A stretch of DNA of 61,840 bases, the filler included, from Choristocarpus tenellus KU-1152 (taxonomy: Eukaryota; Protista; Phaeophyceae): the NCBI GenBank assembly GCA_964200185.2. It is 9 parts of 9 records of this genome, joined end to end, with 100 filler letters (N's around TTAATTAATTAA, not from the genome) between each part and the next. Parts side by side here need not be neighbours in the genome. Positions count along the whole stretch, not along the records: positions 34,376 to 43,944 come from CAXNAD020003567.1; positions 44,045 to 47,990 come from CAXNAD020017003.1; positions 48,091 to 54,049 come from CAXNAD020009312.1; 6 more parts are not named here. One strand, 5' to 3'. This document shows positions 38,279-49,966 of this stretch, piece by piece; position 1 is the stretch's first letter, and the number at the start of each line of letters is the position of its first letter. The notes beneath the pieces were generated by a model. The model saw nothing but the letters and a program-made list of their open reading frames with translations. It did not search any database and was not told where the DNA came from. The translations under genes were made by a program, and so were the position numbers.

Positions 38279-41200
38279 TTGACTCCAACCTGCACTTCGC
38301 GTACACAATCCTTCACCATCCTCACCCTCCCCCTCCTCGATCCAAACACTGGTCATCCCATAAAAGAACACACGTGACCGTTCATATGGCTCTGTGCACC
38401 TGTTCTTCACAGCAGGCTGTGGAGATACGTCATTGGTGACAGCACTGACGCTGCCGCATGCTTTCACCGTAAGGACTGCTCCCAAGTTCTGGAAGCCCTG
38501 GTACCCTGGAGCGGAAAATACTGTTGTAACCAGACCAAGGTGGAGCTTCTCTCCCCCCTCGGCCCTGGTCATGGTGCCAGTCCCAATCCCTCGGTCAAAG
38601 TCCAAGACAGTGCCGTTGTTGCCGTTGTTGGCAAAGTGCCGACAGAAGCCCTCCTCCTTCGTTTTTATGAAGGTGCAAGTTGTTAAAATATAGGCTACTC
38701 ATTTGATTTGTTTTGATATGATACATTATGGTCAGTCCATACTGAATGTTGATTTGTTCATTGTGATGGTCGCTATTCTCACTCACCTTAGTAGCTCCTC
38801 ATCACAACATCATCAACCACCTTCAGAACACCACAGTACATAGGAAGCATAAGAATAGTCGCTTCCTATCACACATACAGGCATACCATGTGTCGCATCA
38901 GTTCCCTCGGCTATTTACTCAAGTTTTTCTCCTTGTTTCTTCTTTGTTTTGCCTCCCTTCTTGTTCTTCACACAAGAAGTTGTCAGTTGAATATTATGTG
39001 TTGATTAAATCTTTTTCTTGACTGGCATTACCCCCTCATAATTCATCATGCTCACTCTGCAATACGGATATCAGACACACGCCGGTATGAAATATTGCCA
39101 GTGTCAAAAACATCCTTCGAAACCCTTCTCAGCTAAGGTGACAAGCCTCTTCACAAGAGCATGCATTTCTTGATTTGAGCGTCTCAATGAATGATCACAT
39201 ATTTCACTTCAACCATAGTCTAATTGAGTAAAACATGCCGTCAGACATACCAGAGAAAACATTTCACATCAACCATTGTCTGATTGAGCAAAACATGCCA
39301 TCAGACGCACTGTAACGAATTTTTCACAGGTGTTTTATTGCACTATGACACACACGTTTCTTTAAACGTGCTAACCGCAAGAACAACCAAACACACTTTC
39401 ATATCAACCATTGCCTGATTGAGTAAAACATATCATCAGTCCTACTAGAATAAATTCAATGGTGCTTTGTTGCAATATGATACCCTTCGTCGCAAAGTAG
39501 ACACAGCACAACAATGTACAACACATACCAACTCAGGTTTTAACAAACGATTCCCCTTCGCAAAACGTGAAGTTATGATATGGAGGGTACACTAAAGTGA
39601 GGTCATGGGTAGTGGCCGGATCTGAGCAAGGAGATTTGGACGGGATATGCAGGATAGGGGTCAACCGGTGTGTGCTCCAAAAGATTTAAAAAAATTGAGA
39701 ACTTCGCTGAATATTTCAATGCCAATTCTGGCACAGAAAACCCCCTCATGAAAGCACCACGCCAATGACAGCAATATGTACGCGACATTTACAGCAAGGT
39801 ATCTTCCTTTCTTGCTTGGACCAAACACTACACCAGAAACCCTGTATCACAGTAAATATGGATATGAATAAGCACAAATATTGGTCAATTGTCATTGCTC
39901 TCAACTTCCAGCAAGGAAAAGGTACCCTATTGTTGGACTGCAAAATTTGGCTTATCTGTGTGCAAATTGCATGACCTTATTGTGAAGTGCACGGCAGGCA
40001 TCCTTGCTCAGGCTCAAATTATCTGGGCGGTGGGTGGCGGCTGTCCATTTGGGGCCCATATTTCTATGTCGCAATTTTTGAGTGATTTGGTTGCATGCAT
40101 CGGATGGATAATATAGGTGCACTTTTCCTGATCAGGGTTCGAACGGACACCCTAGTGTAGAACACCCCCCTCAACGCCCACAAATACTTTGAGCCTCATG
40201 TTGTATTGATTGGCTCTACAGGAGCAGTCCAAACAAAAAACATTTCATCAACATCTGTAATGTTGGATACGATTCCATTCCCATATCTGGACCATTGACC
40301 CAACCAATTCCCAAGAAAGGTCACAACAAGCACCAAATACATTGAATTGTGTTGTACCTGAACTGAGTATGCCCGGACTACACCCCAAAGCCTGTTGACC
40401 TTAAGGAAGGACCGAGTTGCATCAGCACCGTATACATAAGAGCACCTTCTTGCCAGGTTTGGCTGACAGTCCTCAAATTTAGCCACAGTCTTGATATGAT
40501 TGTTCCTAGAGACGCGACCAAAGAGGTCATCTTCTGCTTGGGTATGTCGCTGTAAGCACACGGTTTGGTTGAACAGAGGTCAATAGTTGGCGATCAAAGA
40601 GTACATCATGGGGTGAATAGCTTGATTTTCAGGATATGCATGGGTTGCATGTAAGTTATGAAGCATGTGGGGTGTGCTAGTGTAGCTGTCCGCAGTGGAG
40701 AAGTTTGGGAGGACTACCTTCTGAGTTTGGCAAAAAGGTGAATCATTCAACGAAGTTGTCACTCTGGTGCTTCTTGCTGTAAGGGGGTTAGAGCTGGGAT
40801 ATATGTCAAAAGACTGTTCCAGAGTCAAAGTATCTTAGAGGGTATAGCCGCATCCATTTGGGGGTCAAAATCCAATGTCCCAATCTTGATGTAATTTTGG
40901 CTATCGTGTTTGTTTGGAGATGTCAATATCCTTGTTCCGGACACACCTTTTCATAACATACACATTTTACCTATTCCGAAACATTTTGGAGTGAGTAAAA
41001 TGTCAATAATAACCCGTGGTAAGCCAAGACTTAAATGGAAAAACAGGGGAAAACTCGTACCCTCTAAGATACGTTCACTCTACGCACTCATATTGAGCCA
41101 AGCCAATTGGGAGGTTTGCAAGTTTGGACCCTCTTGCATTCTAAGCCGCACCTCTCTCTTACCATGTGGAGTACCCTCTATTTCATTGCTTTGTGTGCAC

Positions 41201-43944
41201 ATTATTGTACGTAAAATTGATATTCCCCCTTTTCACACACAAAGTGACACCACAAGTGAGCAAACATCCTTTCTGCAATCGTGCAAAGTATGACCTTTAT
41301 CACCATTCTCAGAATCCCAAAGGCAACACTACCTACCTCTCAGTTTTGTTTGACTCACTACACCCCCATTCAACAAGTCCCGATCTCACCGCAGTCTGAG
41401 GCAGAAGTAGCTGGTGGTCGCTCGGGTCAGCCCAAAGCAGATCCAAGAGCAGGCTTCCGGGCTCTGGTTCCACCCGTCGTTCAATCATCTGCACATCCCC
41501 AAGGTCGTGCAGAAGAGGGGATAGTCCCCCGTGCACGCAAAACAGCCTATGAAGGGAAAACATGGTAACCAGGAGAAGGACATCTTTGACACTGTTGAAA
41601 GCTGCAAGGAAAGGGTGTGATACATTTTGAACATGATGTTGTATTTACAATTCAGAAAAGAGTAGAGAAACTGATACACTGATCTGTCTGGAAAACTTCA
41701 ACAAATGAACACATACATGCGCGCGCGCACAAACACACGGACACACACACACAGAGCCAAAGTACCTTAGAGGGTAGGGCTGCGTCCATTTGGGGGTCAA
41801 AATCCAATGTTTTGATTTTGATGTAATTTTGGCTATCATATTTGTTAGTAAGTGTCAATACCCTTGTTCCGGATACACCTTTTCGTAACGTATACATTTT
41901 CCTACTCTGAAACGTTTTTGGAGTAGGAAAACGTCATAAAAGAACCCATGGGAAGCAAAGCCCCAAATGGACAAAATGAGCAAAACTCGTACCCTCTAAG
42001 ATACTTTCACTCACTCATACACACACACACACACAAAAGAAAAATGATCATACGCAGCAGGTAGGCAGTTGTACCACTCAGAAAAGGTGTATTGTTGTGG
42101 ACCAAAGCAGGCGAGCGTAGATGAAGTCTACATGGGCGCAATCAAATGCTAGAATGTTCTCTTGCTTTATGTCAGCATCAGTACGTGGTGGGGCACTTGG
42201 AGGAGAAGTTGAAGTTGATTAGGAGCAGTCTACACTAGAAGCTCTGGAGTAAGTTTATGGTAGGGTGGGCTTCGTAGAGTATTTGTGAGAGTAACACTTT
42301 CGTTGGAGAAGTTCGAGCAGTTGCACCCACCATCAGAGTCAAAGTATCTTAGAGGGTAGAGCCGCATCCATTTGGGGGTCAAAATCCAATGTTCTGATTT
42401 TGATGTAATTTTGACCATCGTGTTTGCTAGGAAGTGTCAACATCCTTGTTCCGGACACACTTTCCATAACTTACACATTTTACCTACTCCGAAACATATA
42501 AACATTTTGGAGTAGGTAAAATGTCACTAAAAACCCATGGGAAGCTAAGCCCCAAATGGACAAAGTGGGAAAAACTCGTACCCTCTAAGATACTTTCACT
42601 CATCAATATTTGGGGAAAATTCTACTGTGGGTGGAGGCAAGTTGTACTCATAGTTTTGACAAAGGGAAGCATGCTTAGGAGAATTTCTAAGCATTTCTAA
42701 GCATTTCTAAGCATTTCTAAGCATTTCTAAGCATTTCTAAGCATTTCTAAGCAGTTTCCTGAAGTGCCTGTGTTGCTCTAGAAACATCCACACCAGGAGG
42801 ACTGTTACAGACATTCGCACACATGTACCTCTCCTGCCCATCTCGTTGCCCAAGCAGGGCACAGAGAGGAAGAGCTCGGAAACATGACATGAACTTGTTA
42901 TAGACAAGTTCTCCATACTTCAACAGGCACTCTGCCTGCGTGGCCAGGACAAAGAGGAAGGACAAATCACAAGGAGGACAGAGCCACGTAGGATGAGTTT
43001 GAGGTATATTGCACAATAGTGAGATGCGGTGTGACATTGTGTGAAGGATGCGTAGTAGCTTCTGGGATAAAGGTACAGGTACAGGGTACACCATACACCC
43101 ACCACCAGTCGATGCAGAAAATGTGTTCTGTGATGATGATAGTACAAGGAAGTTGGTCCACGATCAATTTTGCAGGCCAATCAATTGACACCAGAGTTAA
43201 TTTCATGGAATCCTGATATCAATTATCCAATCGCACGTGGCAAATGCGACGGTACTTACACTTGTGCTATCCTGCCTGTCACTATATACCATACAATCGT
43301 CAGATCGAGACATTGCGGTATTGTTGAGGTGGGTCCAGCACAAGGTTCAAGAGAGGAGGTGGAGCAATGAGCAATGGGAGTACTGAACCCAATGCGCGAG
43401 GAGCAAGGTATAAATGGAGACGTTACCACCAGTCGTAGTGGAAGAGGTACTTTTTTCAGTGGTAAGTCGCTAGTATGAGAAGTAGTGCTGCAGAGTGTGG
43501 TACATCTGAGCACAGTTCAGGATAGTCCCGAGGCTATACTAAAGAAACAAATTTATGTCTGTACTCTGGGAGGATACGATGATGAAAATTCAAACGACTC
43601 AGTTGTGCGATTTGAACACAAACCTCACCCACCACAGTATCCTTCCTGCTCATGATTACCCACAATGATTTCGAACACTCCACAATATTTTGAACAGTCT
43701 CAACCTCTCCGCCTGAAATTCCTCAACCCTGCACCTTCCACCTCCCCTGCCCCCCCTCTCCTCCTCAACGACCTACTCCCCCTTGTCAAAAACAACCTAC
43801 CTCCTTCTTCTCTTTCCCCTCAACGATGGCCATTGAACTTGGCCAACCAAAACACACTCGCCCTTCCTGTCCCCCTGGCCTTCATCCCAATCTCTTTTTG
43901 CCCTTATCGTACCTTGAAGCCGCACGAGGCCGTCTGATTGACCG
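38279..43944 (-). CDS. PPP-family Ser/Thr phosphatase, calcineurin-A (PP2B)-like; 5' end lost at linker
   Basis: Exons: 43944-43913 (VNQTASCGFK); 42935-42829 (AECLLKYGELVYNKFMSCFRALPLCALL); 41546-41390 (LFCVHGGLSP...LDLLWADP); ~40549-40358 (PNLARRCSYVYG...FLKVNRLWGVVRAYSVQ); 38656-~38279 (EEGFCRHF...LVTTVFSAPGYQGFQNLGAVL). Phases are consistent. Confidence 0.87.
39198..39445. repeat. Degenerate ~48-bp direct repeat x3 (TTTCACATCAACCATTGTCTGATTGAGTAAAACATGCCATCAG)
   Basis: Copies at ~39202, ~39262 and ~39397. Confidence 0.75.
40011..40195 (+). mobile_element. MITE family B, full copy, intronic
   Basis: GGCTCAAATTATCTGGG ... AAATACTTTGAGCC; TCA duplicated. Confidence 0.9.
40822..41080 (+). 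mobile_element. MITE family A, full copy, intronic
   Basis: Both TIRs present; flanks TCCA/TACG do not form a clean TSD. Confidence 0.9.
41754..42012 (+). mobile_element. MITE family A, full copy inserted in (CA)n
   Basis: GAGCCAAAGTACCTTAGAGGGTA ... TACCCTCTAAGATACTTTCACTC. Confidence 0.9.
42336..42601 (+). mobile_element. MITE family A, full copy, 4-bp TSD ATCA
   Basis: Near-perfect TIRs with ATCA on both sides. Confidence 0.94.
42684..42753. repeat. 10-bp tandem repeat (TTTCTAAGCA) x7
   Basis: Read directly. Confidence 0.92.
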
Positions 43945-44044
43945 NNNNNNNNNNNNNNNNNNNNNNNNNNNNNNNNNNNNNNNNNNNNTTAATTAATTAA
44001 NNNNNNNNNNNNNNNNNNNNNNNNNNNNNNNNNNNNNNNNNNNN

Positions 44045-44116
44045 CCTTTTCCGCGAATGGGGCAAAAAGGACACCCCGGGGTAGACCCCCCCCCCCCCCC
44101 CCAGTTACTTTGGGTC
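44045..44116 (+). mobile_element. MITE family B long-spacer end
   Basis: GGACACCCCGGGGTAGACCCC...CAGTTACTTTGGGTC. Confidence 0.75.
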
Positions 44117-44164
44117 AATAGGTATCGGAAAAGTGAGATATGGGGGTCACTTTATTATTATCTA

Positions 44165-44419
44165 GAGTGAAAGTATCTTAGAGGGTATGAGTTTTGCCTC
44201 TTTTTCCATTTGGGGCTTGGCTTCCTATGGGGTATTTATGACATTTTCCTACTCCTAAATGTTTCGGAGTAGGTAAAACGTACACGTTATGAAAAGGTGT
44301 GTCCGGAAGAAGGATATCGACACTTCCTAACAGACATGATAGCCAAAATTACATCAAAATTTCAAGATTGTATTTGACCCCCAAATGGACCGGTCCTACC
44401 CTCTAACATGCTTTGGCTC
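44165..44419 (-). mobile_element. MITE family A, full copy (reverse)
   Basis: GAGTGAAAGTATCTTAGAGGGTA ... TACCCTCTAACATGCTTTGGCTC. Confidence 0.9.
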
Positions 44420-44614
44420 TCACCTTTTATTTACTCCAGTCCACAGAAGTTGGAATAGATCTGAGAGCTGTTGCATATTCCCAAGTTACAGACCTTACTT
44501 CTGTAACTTTTAGCAAATCAGAGTTCCCTTTTTGGGGTTTCCACACACACGTACACTGCTTGTGCTGGTTAGAGTGCGGGAAGAAATACTTGTGCTATTT
44601 GTCGGTAACAGCAA

Positions 44615-45420
44615 GTACTTACCCTAGGGCAGGAGGACAGGTTCGCTAGCACACGCCAATGGTGAAGTGTCTAGGTCAACTCTGCAAAGGAATGGGCATC
44701 CCTTGCACTATGGAGGATGGTAGCCTTATCAAAGCGGACAGGAATTTCCGAATGAAACTGGTCTTCCATGCTGGGGTATTTGCAGACGCCGTATCCGCTC
44801 CCTACCAGGACAAAGGCCTCCTTCCAGATGTTACTTCTGCACGAGCGCAAGCAGCATCTGACCTACCTCACTCATCCACCAGCAATGGTGTAGCTGCTGT
44901 TGAAGCTGAGGTCCAAACGCACCCACTATGAGGGCTCTTTTGACCCTTGTAGTTATTACCTCAGCAACTTTGCTGTGGAAAGTTTTGGGTGCCTTGGTAA
45001 GCAAGCAGAAAGTTTTCTGGATGAGTTGGCTACGCATGCGATAGGAGTGAAAATATCTTAGAGGGTATGAGTTTTGCTCTGTTCGGGACTTGGCTTCCCA
45101 CGTTTTTTTTAATGACATTTTCCTACTCCTAAATGTTTCAGAGTAGGTAAAACGTACACATTATGAAAAGGTGTGTACAGAACAAGAATATTGACACTTC
45201 CTAACTAACACGATACCTAAAATTACATCAAAATCGCAGCATTGGAGTTTGACCCCCAAACGGACTCGGCTCTACCCGCTTAGATACTCTGACTCGTAGG
45301 GGGGAGAGGGGCTGGTGGCTACAGCAGGAAAGGGACTGTCAAATCCCGTCTACGACAGATAGTGTCTGTCACAACACAAGGGGCTCTATCTAGATGTGTC
45401 ATGCATTTCAATCTTTAGAC
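44615..45420 (+). mobile_element. 3' restriction-like-endonuclease region of a CRE-like non-LTR retrotransposon, degenerate
   Basis: PRAGGQVR*H...RNFRMKLV...YQDKGLLPDVT..AQA...AAVEAE..HYEGSFDP..FAVESFGCLGKQAESFLDELATHA[MITE]GGRG...LRQIVSVTTQ. This follows the RxD..DV..AExxKxxHY..ESFGxxG RLE pattern, with stops and frameshifts. Confidence 0.75.
45045..45295 (-). mobile_element. MITE family A, full copy (reverse) inserted in the CRE-like element; TSD ATAG/GTAG
   Basis: Both TIRs present; the host reading frame resumes on both sides. Confidence 0.9.
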
Positions 45421-47319
45421 AGTCGGGAGATGGTAAAGGAGGGACCTGTCAGATTCTTGGGATGCTTCCCTAGCTCCACACCCTGGGGTGCACGACTAAG
45501 CTAGGTTGGAGGCACAGGAGGGCAGCAGCGGTGTAGCATAGCTGATAGCAAAATAGTAAATAGATTATAGAAAATTTTCTTTCGCGTTTACGGCAACTGT
45601 TACTTTTTTAGGTTTTGTTCTGGCATTTGGATGGTGTTTCATTGGTTTTCCCCTGAAACATCTGCAAAAAGTCGGAGGCATAATGATAAAAATATAGATA
45701 GGATTATTAGTCTATTTTTGTGAAACACATGGAAACAGGCGGACAGGTACTTCAGACTGAACGGGAGCGGGAAGACCCACAGGAGGAAAGGAATGGAGAG
45801 AGACAAGGTAGGAGGGAGAGCAATCCCTGAGAAGATCACTCAGGAAAGAGTGAACAAGCAAAAAAGTGAAGGAGGGGGGGTTGCAAGGTCCCCTCAAACC
45901 ACCGGCTATTTACTTTAAGCAGATCTTAATTTCAACATTGAAAAGCAGATGCCATACGAGCAACAGGCCTTGAAGTTAGGTCAACCTAAAGGTATACCTT
46001 AGTTGGAAGATGGCCCTCACATCACCCCCCCCCCTCTGTGGCTTAATACGTGTATCAAGACAACACAGATGTCAATGGGAAATAGAGGGAGTGTGCACAC
46101 AGAAAAACTGACAGGATCATTGAAAGAAAAAGAAATAGACTCTCACCAAGGAAATACTGTCCTGCAAGGCAGTTGTGTACACAAAAATATCTTCATGTTT
46201 GCAAGATGCAGAGGAAAAATATTTTTTCGTGAGGGCCTCACAACTTAGCACTTGCAACTAAGATTGATTTGGTGGCAAGCAAATCTGTGCCGCTTCAGCT
46301 TGATCATGGGTGAGATAATAAAAATATCTGGGCACATGGAAAGATCAGGATTTCGATGTATCAGATATGACCAGGTCTGGTCAAGTTTTTTGAAGGTGGA
46401 AGGGCATGTGAAAGGACTAGCTAGTCTTAGCTTAATATTCTGCTTAACTCCATTAATGAGATCCAAATGAAAAAGCACGGACCATCTTCTCCAATAAGGA
46501 GGGGAAAAAAAAAAACATGCGAGGTTCCCATAGGAACCGCAGAAATCGTAATCAAATTACAGGTGTTTAGCTGCAACTTCAAGCATTATATACTTGCGTA
46601 TATAGAATTCAACATCATAGTATATGGGTGTTCTAATCTTACAAGGGTTAAGGATTTGTTGGTAGAAATAAACAACCGAATCTTCTTGAAAGGAAAGCAA
46701 TATTAAAAAAAATAATTATAGAGAAAGAAATGTAACTAGTAAATATAGTAGAAGGCATGCAATATTGTTGTCTGCTATAAAAGAAACATGTATCCCTAAC
46801 AGAAAAGTGGTGAAGATGTGATAATGTGGAAATTTGTATTATGATATCAATTAGTAATACAAATTTATGTGAAAAGAAGGTAAATTTAACCGTGGACAAA
46901 TACAGGGATGGAATTGGTCATACACCACTGAAATAAGTGTTCACCTTAAAACAGTTGTCGTCCTGTAAAAAAAAGGAATAAAAAAGGAAAGCAAAAAAAA
47001 AGAAACAAGTGTGCAAGAGTCATTTGCAAAAATGAACTCTGTTCTCTCTTTATACATTACAACACATATATGATTTTTTTTTCAACTTGACATGAGTTGA
47101 TATCGGTCAGGGCAAACATCCATGTAAAAGCATATATATATATATATATATCGAACAACACAACAATCACAAACCATTGAATGAAACACAAATATAATTC
47201 GCAACACAAATATATTTTATAAATATATCGCTCGCATTATGATGTCCAATCAAATTATTGAAACTTTTCATGGATCAGAGTTGGTATTACTAAAGGTGTA
47301 TTGTTGGAATTGGGCATAT

Positions 47320-47760
47320 CCAGACAATGTTCTTGACGATATCCAGAAATCATTTTTACATATTGAGGCAAATCATTAGGACGATAGGATACATCAAAGA
47401 CGCAATCATAAGCTTTTATGCGTAATCTATATATTTATAGGCAAACCAGGTTTATATCCAAAGTTGCGTTCCACAATACCTTAAATAATATAAGGACCAA
47501 TGATTACCGGGGATTCCAAATAATGAAGATCTGGTAAGGGTAAAGTACAGCCAAGAAAATTTGCTGAGCTTCATAAAGTTAGCTTCAGGTGGTAGTGTGT
47601 TCCGAACGTAAGGTTTCAAGTGGATCAATTGAACAAACATGTATTTGATATCACCTTGTTTTCGGACACAGTAAACCACAGGGGAAATCTTGGCAGTCAC
47701 TGTGAAAGGTCCACGCTACGGGTGAATCAATTCGAGATTAGGTCCATCACAGGCAGTGTG
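47320..47760 (-). mobile_element. Ty3/gypsy integrase C-terminal (GPY/F) remnant, possibly with a chromodomain tail
   Basis: ELIHP*RGPFTVTAKISPVVYCV...VQLIHLKPY, then DVSYRPNDLPQYVKMISGY. Confidence 0.6.
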
Positions 47761-47926
47761 AACGATGTACCAAAACTTGAACCCCAACTTGAAAAATGGA
47801 CAAAACAAGAGTTTTATTGTTAACATAGCAATTCATTTAGCACTCCGTTCTCCCAGATTTGTGATGGGGTATTTCAAGAGATAACTGTATATTCTTAGCT
47901 GTTGATTGTGTAAATTGGTGAGTAAG

Positions 47927-47990
47927 GGGTCAAAGTATCTGGGGGGGGGGTGTCGGCGTCCGTTTTTCACCCTTTTTTCGATTTTCACTT
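47927..47990 (+). mobile_element. Related MITE end (variant or third family), truncated by linker
   Basis: GGGTCAAAGTATCTGGGGGGGGGGTGTCGGCGTCCGTTTT. Confidence 0.65.
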
Positions 47991-49966
47991 NNNNNNNNNN
48001 NNNNNNNNNNNNNNNNNNNNNNNNNNNNNNNNNNTTAATTAATTAANNNNNNNNNNNNNNNNNNNNNNNNNNNNNNNNNNNNNNNNNNNNCAGTTTCCCC
48101 TCCTTTCTCCCCCTTGGTGCACTCCCCCCTGTTACCCACTCACATCACTATACCCTAAATACCCAACCCTGGCCACAGAGAGTAGGAGGTGGTCAATCAT
48201 GGTTGTTGCAAGTGAGATACGAGTACTTGAAAGGATTTCTGGTTCACAACATTTTCACAACATGCTCGTGTTGGTGCGCATGTAATTTTCCTGACATATT
48301 GTAAAGAAATTATTTTCAACATGAAGTAGTAGGACCAAGCCCACACAGGTGTGTTGTTCGCAAGAGACACTCAGGACAAAAATAAAACGCATCTTCACCA
48401 TAAAAAAGTATGTGACAGAGATAAGTACAAACATGGTAACCACACATGGCGTGCAGGTCACCCTCTCATCTCAGCTGCTTGGATCCCGCACCTCCAACCA
48501 CCCAAGTTTTTCATGCGTTGGAGGGTCTGATAAAGGGAAGAATTTAACCTCCACAGACCTTGAATGATAACCTCCTCTTGTCTACTTCGAGTGACAGAAG
48601 GTAGGTCGCAAAAAAAATTGATTCCCTGGTATGATTACAAGAAAATTTGTTGTGTGGAACCTTCAACTCATCGGGAATAATGAGAATGAAGAGAGGGGGC
48701 ATCATTGCCATACTACTAAGAAACATTGGTCCCCTATGTGTGTGCCATCAGGTGTAAACAAAGGCAAGGATCCTCTAATTATCCCTGCTTGTAGCATGGT
48801 GAAAAAGTGGAAAGATCGTACGACTCACCATCTTTAGATCGATGAACACAATAAAGATGACCGAGACTGGCTCTATTTTGCACATATAGGGACCTACCCA
48901 CGATCAGGGAGTCAGTGTTCGTAATGGGGGTATGGCATATTATATGTAACCCGAATACGACATGCCCCATTACCCATGGTTTTCCATTCGCTCAAAGTTC
49001 AAGGTGGGCCTACCATTCCTCATGAGATGGGACACGATTCCTTCCACAAAATGAGAAGTAGGCAGGCGTCTTGAGTTAGAAAAACTGATGATGGGACTCC
49101 TCAGACAGGACACAAGGCACAGCCCACAACCAAAGAGTAATACCTCAGGATATAGGCGTAAAAAATCCAGGACTGTGGCTAGGGCGGTCATTGTTTTTAT
49201 AGTGATCTAGTGGTTGGACAGATAGTGTCAAGAATATGGTGAGTCAGTTTTAACCACCTAAAATGCTAGAGATCTCCAGGAGAAGAGCATAGAATTAAGG
49301 GCATGTAATCGGGGGCCGTGCTCTGGCTGCTGGTTGTACCATACGTTGTAGTACCGCTTTGATGGGTTTTGTATGTGCCAACGGAATTGATGGCGAACAG
49401 AGGTAGTAGGGTTACAATACTTTACTTGAGGAGGGTGAAAATCGCCAACTCAGAGAAATTCGATGTGATTTATTAGACGTGATGGACGTGGAGGAGGGGA
49501 GGGAGGGCTACATTTGCTTCAGGATCCCCACCCGAGAAGTTCGGGTTGGGTAGAGGAATAGAATACAATGCACTACCATCCTATTTCGAGGTGATCAATC
49601 CCATTTCAAGTAAGTGCTGAAAGATGTTCAGATTTAAAAACACAAAATATTTTAAGATTCTACAGCCTCCTCGAAGTTGTTACCTAGAGCGCCCAGAGCG
49701 AAAATACCAACTTGATGTTCGACCAATCACGTCCCTACCCCCGTTCAATTTTTTATGTTCAAGTTCTTAGTAATGTACACATTTGCAACCTCAAAGTCGT
49801 TTATAAGTTGTAACCTGTAACTTGCAACCTGGTAAAGGATAGACTGACCCTCCAGAGAGACGAGGATCTTTGTTATTATAGTTTATATCTCCTCCCCTCT
49901 TCATTGTGCTCCCACTGGTGTTGCTGATTCTAAGAAGTACTTAGGGCACAAGCCGTTCACGGCAAA

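Noticed and set aside
39198-39445. Spaced direct repeats resembling a mini-CRISPR
   Set aside because: The spacing is irregular (~60 and ~135 bp), the repeats are diverged and the intervening sequences are partly similar, consistent with a decayed tandem duplication.
48480-49200. Possible DIRS-type RT remnant
   Set aside because: Only weak GLPF and VKK..K.R hints; no YxDD was found.
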